From assembly GCA_913060955.1 (NCBI GenBank), contig CAJXTH010000001.1:1-29939 (forward strand): 29,939 nucleotides of DNA. The letters run 5' to 3'. This DNA comes from an uncultured bacterium (GTDB taxonomy: Bacteria > Patescibacteriota > Minisyncoccia > SW-4-49-11). The translations under genes were made by a program, and so were the position numbers. Under the pieces are notes generated by a model. It searched no databases. It was not told the origin of the DNA and saw nothing but the letters and a program-made list of their open reading frames with translations. Positions 17,278 through 26,131 of this stretch are shown here, in pieces (positions within the stretch are counted from its first letter, which is position 1; every line of letters starts with the position of its first letter).

Positions 17278-17829
17278 TTACTTACTGTCCAAATATAATT
17301 TCACCTTCCACAAGGCGGCGATGGATTGCGCGTCGGAGAACTCTCCGGACTCGATCATCTTGAGTACTTCAGCCCAGGTAAAGGATTGGTATTCTACAAT
17401 TCCATCTTCTTCTTTTTCGTCTTGTCCGGTCTGGTAGAGTCCGGTTGCATAGTAGACATGTGCCATCTGGGAGGATGCTCCATTGTAGGCCTGCATGTCA
17501 GGAAGTTTTACCCATTCTTGAGCGGAACATCCAGTTTCTTCCCACAATTCGCGCTTGGCAGCCTCGAAGATCCCTTCTTTCTCCGATCCTCCGGCCGGAA
17601 TTTCCCAGGACCACATCTGAGTTGGGTATCGGTATTGTCGGATCAAGACAATCTTTCCTTCGGGATCGACAGGTACGATAAAGACTGAAGGTTTGTTGAC
17701 GATTACATTGTAGACTCCATCAGCACCACTGGGGGTGATAACTTCGTCTCGTCGGATCTGATAAAACCCAGTATCCAGAACAATTTCTTGAGATTTGGTT
17801 TGCCAGGGGATTTTTTGTTCAGTACTCAT
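17278..17829 (-). CDS. Nudix hydrolase (ADP-ribose pyrophosphatase-like)
   Basis: 183 aa. RQYRYP...WEIPAGG...EAAKRELWEETG Nudix box. Confidence 0.9.
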   Translation of the reverse strand: MSTEQKIPWQTKSQEIVLDTGFYQIRRDEVITPSGADGVYNVIVNKPSVFIVPVDPEGKIVLIRQYRYPTQMWSWEIPAGGSEKEGIFEAAKRELWEETGCSAQEWVKLPDMQAYNGASSQMAHVYYATGLYQTGQDEKEEDGIVEYQSFTWAEVLKMIESGEFSDAQSIAALWKVKLYLDSK

Positions 17830-17844
17830 AGGGATAATATTATA

Positions 17845-18615
17845 TTAGGTTCGTAATCCAACTCCTCGGTTGAGAAGAATAATGTCTAAGGTTCCAAGAA
17901 TAACCACAAACACTGCCAGGATAATAAAGCTGGTCAGCACCGACACGTCCGAGAATCCAAAGAATCCAAATCGGAATCCATCGACCATGTACAGTACCGG
18001 ATTTACCTTGGACACGTTTTGCCAAAATTCTGGCAAGGTTTCGATCGAGTAAAACACTCCCCCAAGATATGTTAATGGAGTCAACACGAACGTCGGAACA
18101 ATCGAAACATGGTCAAATTTCTTAGCAAAGATTCCATTCAGTAGTCCCGCAAATGAAAAGACCAATGCTGTCAATATTGCAAAAGTAATCACCAAAACTG
18201 GATTCATAATTTGAATCTGAGTAAAGAAATAGGCAATCAGCAATACAAGTCCTCCCACAGCCAGTCCGCGTACGATTCCTCCCATAGAATACCCCAGTAA
18301 AATGACCCAGTTAGGAGTTGGCGATACGAGTAATTCTTCGATACTTTTCTGAAATTTATTTCCAAAGAACGAACTTACTACATTCATAAATGAGTTGGTG
18401 ACAATCGCCATCATGACAAGTCCCGGTACGATAAATTCCATGTAGGAAACTCCTCCGATGTCTCGGACCTGAGATCCAATAAACGCTCCAAAGATCAAAA
18501 AATAGAGACTGGTAGTTACGACTGAGGGGAGCAATGACTGGGTCCAGATACGAAAGATCCGAACCACTTCTTTTTTGGTTAAGGTGTAGAGTGGTACTGC
18601 GACGGGTGCTTTCAT
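17845..18615 (-). CDS. yadH: ABC-2 type transporter permease (YadH-like)
   Basis: 256 aa. YMEFIVPGLVMM, SIEELLVSP, LTPLTYLGGVFYS and NPVLYMVDGFR. Confidence 0.9.
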   Translation of the reverse strand: MKAPVAVPLYTLTKKEVVRIFRIWTQSLLPSVVTTSLYFLIFGAFIGSQVRDIGGVSYMEFIVPGLVMMAIVTNSFMNVVSSFFGNKFQKSIEELLVSPTPNWVILLGYSMGGIVRGLAVGGLVLLIAYFFTQIQIMNPVLVITFAILTALVFSFAGLLNGIFAKKFDHVSIVPTFVLTPLTYLGGVFYSIETLPEFWQNVSKVNPVLYMVDGFRFGFFGFSDVSVLTSFIILAVFVVILGTLDIILLNRGVGLRT

Positions 18616-18617
18616 AC

Positions 18618-19526
18618 TTATTTGTTAAATACTTTATTGACAAAGACTTCTTCCAGTCGATTGGTTTTGTTTCGGATACCGGTAATTTTAACTCCTTGGG
18701 AATGCAAATCCTCGGTGATCGTAAACAAGTCCTCCCCCTTCAACAGATCAGTCTCAACGGTACTTTGGTCGGTGACACGGTAGCGTTCTGGCAGATTTTC
18801 CAACCCACCATCAACAACATCCATAATCAAGGTATCTTTCTGAAGTTCTGATAACAGATCTTTCACGGTGCCGACTTCGATAAGCTCTCCTTGGGCGATA
18901 ATTCCTACTCGATCACACAGTGATTCTGCCTCTTCGAGGTAATGCGTGGTAAGGATAATTGTCTTTCCCGCTTGGTGCATTTCTTGGACAAATTCCCACA
19001 TCTCGCGCCGAAGTTCAACATCTACTCCTGCCGAGGGCTCATCCAAGATCAAAATTTCCGGTTCGTGAATCAAAGCTCGAACAATCATCAAGCGTCGCTT
19101 CATTCCTCCAGAAAGCTGCATGGCCTTGGCATTTCGTTTTTCCCAGAGACCCAAGCGTTTCAGATACTTTTCCGCTCGTTCTTTGGCAACCTTTGGTGGC
19201 ACACCGTAAAATCCAGCCTGCTGGACCACAATATCTTCTACCGATTCAAAAATATTAAAGTTAAACTCCTGAGGAACGACTCCCAGGTAGGTCTTTGCCT
19301 CAGACGGACTCGCATCAAAATCCTTCCCCATGACCTCAATTTGTCCTTGTGTTCGATTGGTAAGTGTGGTCACAATATTGATCATAGTAGACTTTCCGGC
19401 ACCGTTGGGCCCCAGAAGTCCAAAAATCTCACCTCGTTTCACCTCCAGAGAAACACTCTTCAGGGCTTGAACATCTGGCGGATAGGTCTTGGTCAGATTG
19501 GTAATTTTGAGTGCAATTTCAGACAT
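18618..19526 (-). CDS. yadG: ABC transporter ATP-binding protein (YadG-like)
   Basis: 302 aa. Walker A GPNGAGKST, signature LSGGMKRR, Walker B ILILDEP and H-loop TTHYLEEAE. Confidence 0.92.
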   Translation of the reverse strand: MSEIALKITNLTKTYPPDVQALKSVSLEVKRGEIFGLLGPNGAGKSTMINIVTTLTNRTQGQIEVMGKDFDASPSEAKTYLGVVPQEFNFNIFESVEDIVVQQAGFYGVPPKVAKERAEKYLKRLGLWEKRNAKAMQLSGGMKRRLMIVRALIHEPEILILDEPSAGVDVELRREMWEFVQEMHQAGKTIILTTHYLEEAESLCDRVGIIAQGELIEVGTVKDLLSELQKDTLIMDVVDGGLENLPERYRVTDQSTVETDLLKGEDLFTITEDLHSQGVKITGIRNKTNRLEEVFVNKVFNK

Positions 19527-19535
19527 ACGGTAAGA

Positions 19536-20447
19536 TTATTGAATGGATGGGGAAATTTTTTTCAACGAAACGACTGAGAGAATTCCCCCAATGACAAGTG
19601 CAAAAATCGCAACCATTTCCCCCAGAGGCAAGGTCGCAGGATTGATCCAGGCATCAGTAGCAACATCTCGAAACGGCCACATAACTCGAAGGGAAGCTAC
19701 CAAAAGCCCGGTCAAAAAGGCCATAAGCACTCCTCCAAAAGAAACCAAGGCTCGTTTGAGCAACCGAATGAACACCACAAATCCTCCAATAATTCCGACC
19801 ATAAACGCAGCCAAAGATGGAAGAACGGATGTATCCAAATCTGCTATCGCACGAACATCAGAAATAACGGCGTCGTACAACCCCATGACCAACAGAATCA
19901 ATGATCCGCTGATTCCGGGAAGAACCATCCCAGAGATTGCCAAGGCACCTCCACCAGCCAAGGTAAGCAAACTTGGATCTTCAATTGGTCCAGCCGGCTT
20001 CAACCCAAGCACCACCCAGAAGACCACACTCGAAGCGACCAGTATGAGGTAGTGTTTGATCCCCGCCTTCGGAATTTGCAACCAAGGAATAGACAGGGAC
20101 GCAAGAACCAACCCAAAGAAATATCCATACACGTATCGAGGATATTGGTCCAAGGCAACCTCTAACACTCCCGCAAGCCCCAGGATTGCAAGCCCCATAC
20201 CAATTACTAGGAAGACTCCAAACTTCCAGGGAATTGCTGTGAAAGAGTTTTTCAAGCGAGACCAGGAAGATCTCCCAATACAAAAGGCCGCCATCTCTTT
20301 GACGATTTGAGAAAATCCGTACAAAAGCTCAATAAACAGATCATAAATTCCAAAGATCAAGGCAATCGTTGCTCCACTAATTCCTGGGATCACTTGAGCC
20401 GCTCCCATAGCCATTCCTTGAAGCACATGCACTACCATTTGTTTCAT
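19536..20447 (-). CDS. DUF368 family membrane protein (putative undecaprenyl-phosphate translocase)
   Basis: 303 aa with the twin re-entrant motifs IPGISGATIA and LPGISGSLIL characteristic of DUF368. Confidence 0.88.
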   Translation of the reverse strand: MKQMVVHVLQGMAMGAAQVIPGISGATIALIFGIYDLFIELLYGFSQIVKEMAAFCIGRSSWSRLKNSFTAIPWKFGVFLVIGMGLAILGLAGVLEVALDQYPRYVYGYFFGLVLASLSIPWLQIPKAGIKHYLILVASSVVFWVVLGLKPAGPIEDPSLLTLAGGGALAISGMVLPGISGSLILLVMGLYDAVISDVRAIADLDTSVLPSLAAFMVGIIGGFVVFIRLLKRALVSFGGVLMAFLTGLLVASLRVMWPFRDVATDAWINPATLPLGEMVAIFALVIGGILSVVSLKKISPSIQ

Positions 20448-20503
20448 ATCAATTTCGTTCTAATTCTCGGTATATTTTAGCACAGCCACAGACAATCCCC
20501 AAG

Positions 20504-21250
20504 CTATAACCAACGCTCTAATTCTCGATATCCGGTCCATTCCAAGAGATCGTAGACTGTGCGAAGCAACCAGCCAAAATTATTGGTGATTAAAATAATT
20601 CCCAAAAGAATTAAGATTACACCACTCAGCTTTGAGATCCATGGTGTTGCCTGCTCTATGTGACGCAATAATCCTTTGGCGGATCCAATCAGTAGTGCGG
20701 TCAGTAAAAATGGTACTGCCAATCCAGCTGAGAAAACCAGCATCATTGCAACCCCAAGAAATGCGGTAGGAGCGTTTATGGTAAGGGTCAAAATACTTCC
20801 CAAGATTGGACCAATACAGGGACTCCATCCAAAGGCAAGCGAAACCCCTAGTAAAAATGAGCTGCGTTTACTCCCAGGAGTCATGTACCGAGGGAACCTG
20901 AGTCCAACTGTTTTCTGTAAGATCGGAAGCCGAAACACTCCCGCAAGGGATAATCCAAAAAATATCACTACAACCCCACCAATTCGGGAAAGTATCTCAC
21001 GATAATCCGGTCCCAACCAACGAGCAAAACTTACTGCAAACACCCCAAACCCTACAAAAACGACCGTAAATCCCAGGACAAAAAAGAGGCCGTTCATTAC
21101 AGCCGAGATTCGAGGCCGCTCATGATCCCCCATTTCTCCGGTAATAAATCCAAGATAAGCAGGAATCAACGGAAAGGTACACGGAGCAAGAAAGGTCAGC
21201 ACTCCTGCCACAAAACTTGCTCCGATAAATCCCCAGGTTATCTCAATCAT
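20504..21250 (-). CDS. ccdA: Cytochrome c biogenesis/thiol-disulfide transmembrane electron transporter CcdA
   Basis: 248 aa, 6 TM, with the two catalytic Cys in LAPCTFPLIPAY and WSPCIGPILGSIL. Confidence 0.92.
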   Translation of the reverse strand: MIEITWGFIGASFVAGVLTFLAPCTFPLIPAYLGFITGEMGDHERPRISAVMNGLFFVLGFTVVFVGFGVFAVSFARWLGPDYREILSRIGGVVVIFFGLSLAGVFRLPILQKTVGLRFPRYMTPGSKRSSFLLGVSLAFGWSPCIGPILGSILTLTINAPTAFLGVAMMLVFSAGLAVPFLLTALLIGSAKGLLRHIEQATPWISKLSGVILILLGIILITNNFGWLLRTVYDLLEWTGYRELERWL

Positions 21251-21257
21251 AGACGTG

Positions 21258-22433
21258 TTAGACCTTGGCCGCTCGAATTAAGGCTCCCCAAGCCAAGAGT
21301 CCAAGTCCAAGCCAGATAATGAAGCTAAGTCCAGGAACGAGCCCGACAACCATAGTTACTACATACACTCCCAAGGCCATAAAGAACAGACGAACATTGT
21401 TGGCCTCCATCTGCATTTGTGAATTCAAGAGATGGGACAGGAATAGAGCCGTAACACTTCCAGTAAAGAAAAGTCCAAATACATACAGAGCTCCGGCAAA
21501 CAATCCAATTGGAAGTCCAATAGTACTAATCAAAAGAGCCAAGATAGCCACTGGTGGCAAGAAGAGCGCAACCGATCCCCAGCCGAAGCTTGCTGCTACA
21601 TCTGATCCAGTGTGAAGTGACATAGATGCCTTGCGGAAGTATTTATTGAACAAAAGCATAATGGTTCCAATCACGACTGCAGCCCAGAGCAATCGGGTAA
21701 TCGTCCACAGGGTGAACAATGAAGCACCAACTGCCTTCCATTCGAAATCTTGTGCCATCTCTTCTCCAAGAGACTCATCATAGGAAACTTCTCCACCCAC
21801 TCGATTCTCCAAAGAAAGATCTTCTGGGGCATAGTACTTCAAATCCCCTTGAATCCGCTCAGCATCTCCCACAAGATCAAGGGTGTCAGAGACAACCACA
21901 GTCGCGTTTCCTGCAACAGCTCCCTCAAGGACAAGCTTGGTAGCGCGAACGTCAGCATCTCCACCTACCGTTCCGGTAAGTACCACTTGCTCTCCTCCAG
22001 CTCGGAGCATACCTTCAACATCACCGTCTACTTTTACGGTGGCGGCAGAGGCGACCAAATCTCCACCGATCGTGACTCCCTCCGCAACAGTAACGGTACT
22101 TGCAAAAGCGAGTACGTCTCCCTCGATATCTTCATTAATAGCAATGGTAGATCCCGCTACACGGACGTCGTCACCAACCGGAGCGTTAATCTGAATCGTC
22201 TCTCCAGCAACCGAAACATCTTCAACTACTTCCTTATCAACCGTAACTGTTTGAGCCGCTCCGATCAAATCTCCGTCCAACACAGACTCAAGATTTACCA
22301 ATGACCCCGCAAAATATGCATCGGCTGCATCAGGAAGATTGATCCGAAGAGTATCTCCGGAAAAAAATGTAGCCGCAGAAGCCGACGGGGCGAGGAGTCC
22401 CCAGACTAATGCTATCGCAAGTATTCGTTTCAT
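21258..22433 (-). CDS. Secreted bactofilin-like (polymer-forming cytoskeletal) beta-helix protein with C-terminal multi-TM domain
   Basis: 391 aa. Signal peptide, repeated V-x-G-D-V/L-x-A-x-G/A units, then 4-5 TM helices. Confidence 0.8.
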   Translation of the reverse strand: MKRILAIALVWGLLAPSASAATFFSGDTLRINLPDAADAYFAGSLVNLESVLDGDLIGAAQTVTVDKEVVEDVSVAGETIQINAPVGDDVRVAGSTIAINEDIEGDVLAFASTVTVAEGVTIGGDLVASAATVKVDGDVEGMLRAGGEQVVLTGTVGGDADVRATKLVLEGAVAGNATVVVSDTLDLVGDAERIQGDLKYYAPEDLSLENRVGGEVSYDESLGEEMAQDFEWKAVGASLFTLWTITRLLWAAVVIGTIMLLFNKYFRKASMSLHTGSDVAASFGWGSVALFLPPVAILALLISTIGLPIGLFAGALYVFGLFFTGSVTALFLSHLLNSQMQMEANNVRLFFMALGVYVVTMVVGLVPGLSFIIWLGLGLLAWGALIRAAKV

Positions 22434-22456
22434 ATTCTTGATATTACCTTAGCTTC

Positions 22457-22485
22457 ATTATACGCCTGATTTGTAAAAGCCTCAA
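22457..22485 (-). promoter_or_regulatory. sigma70-type promoter for the minus-strand gene run
   Basis: Minus strand TTGAGG-17-TATAAT. Confidence 0.65.
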
Positions 22486-22498
22486 ATAGCGGTAGAAT
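22471..22498 (+). promoter_or_regulatory. Overlapping divergent promoter for the dehydrogenase
   Basis: TTGTAA-16-TAGAAT. Confidence 0.5.
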
Positions 22499-22523
22499 AA
22501 AAATAAGTATTAACAAAACAGAT

Positions 22524-23531
22524 ATGCAGCCAGTCATCACCTGCTTCGAAATTGACGAATCCGAACGATCCTTTATGGATCCAAAGCTTCCCGAAGGAAC
22601 CAAGCATTATTATCCCAACGCCGTCTCCGTTGAACTTGCCGCACAGCATCCCGACACAACCCACCTGGTAGTCTTTGTATACTCCCAAGTAACCAAAGAA
22701 GTCTTGGATGCTCTGCCGAACTTGCAGGCCGTATTTACTATGTCTACCGGGTACGACCATATCGACCTCGAAACATGTAAAGAACGAGACATCACCGTCC
22801 ACAGCGTGCCCTTCTATGGAGAAAACACTGTCGCCGAACACACCTTTGCATTGATCTTGGCAATTTCCCGGCGTATCTACGAGTCAATCCAACGAACCGA
22901 AGGACTCAATTTCAACCCCGACGGCCTGGTAGGATTTGATCTCCAAGAAAAAACCCTCGGAATTATCGGCATGGGACACATTGGAGCTCACGTAGCCCGA
23001 ATCGCCAAAGGATTTGGAATGAACATTTTGGCCTATGACCCCTTCCCCAAGGAGGGCCTCGACTCTGAAATTGGCTTTGAATACGTGTCTCTTGATCACC
23101 TTCTCGAACATTCCGACATTGTATCCTTGCACACCGCCTACCGACCAGAAACCCACCACCTGATCAACTGTGAAAATATTCAGAAATTCAAGCGCGGATC
23201 CTATCTGATCAACACCGCCCGCGGAGGCCTGGTAGAAACTCAAGCCATCGTTGATGGACTAGAACACGGTATCCTGGCTGGAGCCGGACTCGACGTCCTC
23301 GAAGAAGAATGTGTAATCAAAGAAGACAAGCAAATTCTCACCCGCCAATACCAACAATCTTGTGATCTCACCACGGTACTCCAAAATCACATGCTGATCA
23401 AAGATCCTCGGGTTGTTGTTACCCCGCACAACGCCTTTAACTCCCAAGAGGCACTCCAGCGAATCATGGAAACCACCGTCCAAAACATCACCCAACAGCT
23501 CCAAGGAGAATTAGAAAATCAGGTGAAGTAA
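22524..23531 (+). CDS. ldhA: D-isomer-specific 2-hydroxyacid dehydrogenase (D-lactate dehydrogenase-like)
   Basis: 335 aa. Motifs STGYDHID, VAEHTFAL, GMGHIG, INTARGGLV, LDVLEEE and VTPHNAF. Confidence 0.85.
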   Translation: MQPVITCFEIDESERSFMDPKLPEGTKHYYPNAVSVELAAQHPDTTHLVVFVYSQVTKEVLDALPNLQAVFTMSTGYDHIDLETCKERDITVHSVPFYGENTVAEHTFALILAISRRIYESIQRTEGLNFNPDGLVGFDLQEKTLGIIGMGHIGAHVARIAKGFGMNILAYDPFPKEGLDSEIGFEYVSLDHLLEHSDIVSLHTAYRPETHHLINCENIQKFKRGSYLINTARGGLVETQAIVDGLEHGILAGAGLDVLEEECVIKEDKQILTRQYQQSCDLTTVLQNHMLIKDPRVVVTPHNAFNSQEALQRIMETTVQNITQQLQGELENQVK

Positions 23532-23560
23532 TTGACAACATACGTAATATTGTATAAACT
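23532..23560 (+). promoter_or_regulatory. sigma70-type promoter directly after the dehydrogenase stop, with no sense gene downstream
   Basis: TTGACA (23532-23537), 17-bp spacer, TAAACT (23555-23560). Confidence 0.65.
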
Positions 23561-23566
23561 CAGAGT

Positions 23567-23623
23567 ACAAATCGCCACATAGGCGCGACCCCAATCACCC
23601 AGGTGGTTGGGGGTCATTTTTTT
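23567..23623 (+). ncRNA. Candidate ~57-nt small RNA convergent with the PemK/MazF-like toxin gene
   Basis: Predicted +1 near 23567. CGCC-ACATA-GGCG hairpin followed by a terminator hairpin and T7. Confidence 0.45.
23587..23623 (+). terminator. Intrinsic terminator overlapping the toxin stop codon
   Basis: GACCCC-AATCAC-CCAG-GTGGTT-(G)-GGGGTC-A-TTTTTTT. Confidence 0.8.
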
Positions 23624-24027
23624 ATAAAAAGATCCAAAAACGAACTTTTGATAAGCTGAAAGTCATGTATTGATAATCTCCCCATACGATAATCCAATCG
23701 TTTTCCATCCATAACTCTCATTTGAGAAATCATAGCCGAACGAATTTTTCCTTTATGGGTAAATTCTATATAAAAGGGATTCTTGGGTTTGTTCTTTGTG
23801 CTTGTGGGAATACCAAAGAATAATCGTTTATTAAATTTTAGTAAGACAATTACTGGACGATGAAAAAAATCGTTCTTTCCGCTCGATTCAAATCCAACAT
23901 TTTCTCCAAAAGATGTCATCCACAAATCACGCTCTTTGAACCCAGGGATGTTTTGAGATGATTGGTCGAGAGACTTTTTGATTGGAAGCCATTGTTCAAA
24001 TCGTTTTACAAAAGGAATCTTTTTCAT
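23614..24027 (-). CDS. PemK/MazF-like endoribonuclease toxin (orphan)
   Basis: 137 aa. ERDLW...GENVGFE..GK...HRPVIVL...GIPTST...SQMRVMDGKRL pattern, with the MazF-type catalytic Arg (RP) and Thr/Ser present. Confidence 0.82.
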   Translation of the reverse strand: MKKIPFVKRFEQWLPIKKSLDQSSQNIPGFKERDLWMTSFGENVGFESSGKNDFFHRPVIVLLKFNKRLFFGIPTSTKNKPKNPFYIEFTHKGKIRSAMISQMRVMDGKRLDYRMGRLSIHDFQLIKSSFLDLFIKK

Positions 24028-24029
24028 AC

Positions 24030-24572
24030 CTATGAAAGCTCCTCCACAATCAAATCAGCCCATTTTTCGTCCAGAAAGTGATCAGAGTCAGGAACTGCGA
24101 CCAATCGAGCTCCCAACTCTGAAGCAATAACTTCTGACTGCTCAAATGGAATCCGCGAATCATCGAGAGATCCAATGACGATCCACTCTTTTGCCATGTC
24201 TCGGACCTTGGCAATATTGAGTTCTCGATCAAAAAAGTTAGCATAGGCGCCATCTCGAAAGGAAGCGTTGGATGTCCAGTTCGCAAACGGTCCCACCAAT
24301 ACTCCTCGATCAATTTGGATATCATGTTCTTCTAAAAATCGAATCAAGGCTCGAGTTCCTAAACTATGTCCAATCATCGTAACTAGATCATCAGACTGTT
24401 CGAGAGCATTGGCGATAATCGGCTCCCATTGGGTATATACAGGGCTTCGTCCGCCCGGAAAGTCGGGGGCAATCACCGTTTCTCCGGATTCTACCAACAA
24501 TTCTTTTAACCGAGGGTGCCAGTTTGATTCGGATGATCCGTTATATCCATGAATGTCGATTGTGGTTGCCAT
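24030..24572 (-). CDS. Alpha/beta hydrolase, RBBP9/YdeN family
   Basis: 180 aa. IHGYNG oxyanion loop, GHSLG nucleophile, SLDD and DHF triad residues. Confidence 0.88.
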   Translation of the reverse strand: MATTIDIHGYNGSSESNWHPRLKELLVESGETVIAPDFPGGRSPVYTQWEPIIANALEQSDDLVTMIGHSLGTRALIRFLEEHDIQIDRGVLVGPFANWTSNASFRDGAYANFFDRELNIAKVRDMAKEWIVIGSLDDSRIPFEQSEVIASELGARLVAVPDSDHFLDEKWADLIVEELS

Positions 24573-24579
24573 ATTTTTT

Positions 24580-24786
24580 CTAGGTATTAAATGTCTGCAT
24601 GACTGCTAATATAATTCCCCAAACAATCATTGCTCCACCAATTCCCATAATGATTGCCAAAATAATGGGAGCAAAGAGCATACCAAGTGCCGCTAACCCT
24701 GCTAAGACCAGTCCTCCAATAATAAACCATCGTGGATCACCTTGAGGCATCTTGCCGCCAGCTGGCTGTACAATTTTTACTTTCAT
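24580..24786 (-). CDS. Small 2-TM hypothetical membrane protein
   Basis: 68 aa with two hydrophobic segments, tightly packed between pepP and the hydrolase. Confidence 0.65.
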   Translation of the reverse strand: MKVKIVQPAGGKMPQGDPRWFIIGGLVLAGLAALGMLFAPIILAIIMGIGGAMIVWGIILAVMQTFNT

Positions 24787-24790
24787 AGAT

Positions 24791-26131
24791 TTATTGAATA
24801 AGTGATTCTAATTGGTCGATTTCTTTGGGAATTGCTTCGGTGAGATTTTCGATTCCTGAATCAGTCTTCACAATATCGTCTTCGATTCGGACTCCAATTC
24901 CCCGAAGTTCAGCCGGGACGGTTTCATCGTCAGCCGTAAAGTAGAGTCCCGGTTCGATGGTAATTGCCATCCCCGGCTCAAATGACACCGATGCTCTGGT
25001 GCCTTCCAAGGATCGATAGGTTCCGACGTCATGCACGTCTAGCCCAATATAGTGTCCCGTTCCGTGCATGTAGTACCGAGCGTATTCTCGATTCTCAATT
25101 AACTCATCAACATCTCCGGAAAGAACTCCAAGCTCCACCAACCCTTCGGTCAAAACCCGAATGGCTGTTTCGTGAATCGATCCGGTAGTACCCCCTTCTC
25201 GAGCAGCCTCGTCAAGAGCAGCATACTGAGCCTTGAGAACTGTGTTGTAGACTCGCTTTTGCGGTTCCGTGAATGTTCCAGAAGCAGGATAACATCGAGT
25301 AATATCTGAGGCATAATACCCATACTCACAACCAGCATCTACCAAAACAAGATCATTTTGTCCTACCTTGGCATCGTTAGCAGTGTAGTGAAGGGTACAG
25401 GCATTTGCTCCGGTAGCTACAATCGGAGGATAGGACCAAGGAGCTCCTTCTTTTCTAAATCCATACAAGAGTTCTGCTTCCAGCTGGTACTCGTAGACGT
25501 CTCCTTTTTTCATTCCCTCAACCAAAGCCCGATACATTCGCTCGTGAGCCTCCACCGCGATTCGGGCCGAGATCCGCATCTGCTCCCCTTCCCAATCTGA
25601 TTTAAACCCTCGTAATTGAGACATCATCAAGTTCGTCCGAGAAACAGATTCAATGCGTTCGGTAACTCCTCGTCGAGCATCGTCGGTGAGGTATCGTCCG
25701 AGTCGATTGCGTAATTCTCGATAGGACTGACCACCCAGGTCAACAAATACTTCCGTACCCCCCCCGAAGAGTTCCGGCCAATCCTGCTCGAATTGCGGGT
25801 GATCAGATACTGCTTCAATTCCACTGACTTCTGCAGCACCATCTTTTCCCAGTTTCTTTCCCGTCCATTGTTCTTTGGACGGATCAAATGGAGCAACATA
25901 GAGATACTCTTCCCGATTCCTGTCGTGATCAAGTTTCAAAACATAGACTCCGTCTTCTTCGTTGATCCCAGTCAGGTACCAAAAGTCACTATCCTGGCGA
26001 AATGGATATTCAGTATCTGCATTCCGGGTTTGGACTTCAGCAGAAAACAGAACCAATATGGAATTGGCTGGCATAAGCTCAGCAACTCGATCTCGTCGAG
26101 TCTGGAGTTCGGAAAGAGGAATCTTATACAT
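24791..26131 (-). CDS. pepP: Xaa-Pro aminopeptidase (aminopeptidase P, M24B); start moved to ATG 26131 (alternative 26161)
   Basis: FRQDSDFWYLTG, VDAGCEYGYYASDITR, HGTGHYIGLDVHD, TIEPGLY and GVRIEDD. ATG 26131 gives an 8-nt coupled overlap with the upstream ORF. Confidence 0.93.
   Translation of the reverse strand: MYKIPLSELQTRRDRVAELMPANSILVLFSAEVQTRNADTEYPFRQDSDFWYLTGINEEDGVYVLKLDHDRNREEYLYVAPFDPSKEQWTGKKLGKDGAAEVSGIEAVSDHPQFEQDWPELFGGGTEVFVDLGGQSYRELRNRLGRYLTDDARRGVTERIESVSRTNLMMSQLRGFKSDWEGEQMRISARIAVEAHERMYRALVEGMKKGDVYEYQLEAELLYGFRKEGAPWSYPPIVATGANACTLHYTANDAKVGQNDLVLVDAGCEYGYYASDITRCYPASGTFTEPQKRVYNTVLKAQYAALDEAAREGGTTGSIHETAIRVLTEGLVELGVLSGDVDELIENREYARYYMHGTGHYIGLDVHDVGTYRSLEGTRASVSFEPGMAITIEPGLYFTADDETVPAELRGIGVRIEDDIVKTDSGIENLTEAIPKEIDQLESLIQ

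Noticed and set aside
17278-17829. Nudix box one residue shorter than GX5EX7REUXEEXGU
   Set aside because: The catalytic REUXEE core is intact, and such spacing variants are not unusual.
18942-19577. 211-aa plus-strand ORF
   Set aside because: Antisense to the ABC ATPase yadG; a common shadow ORF of ABC genes.
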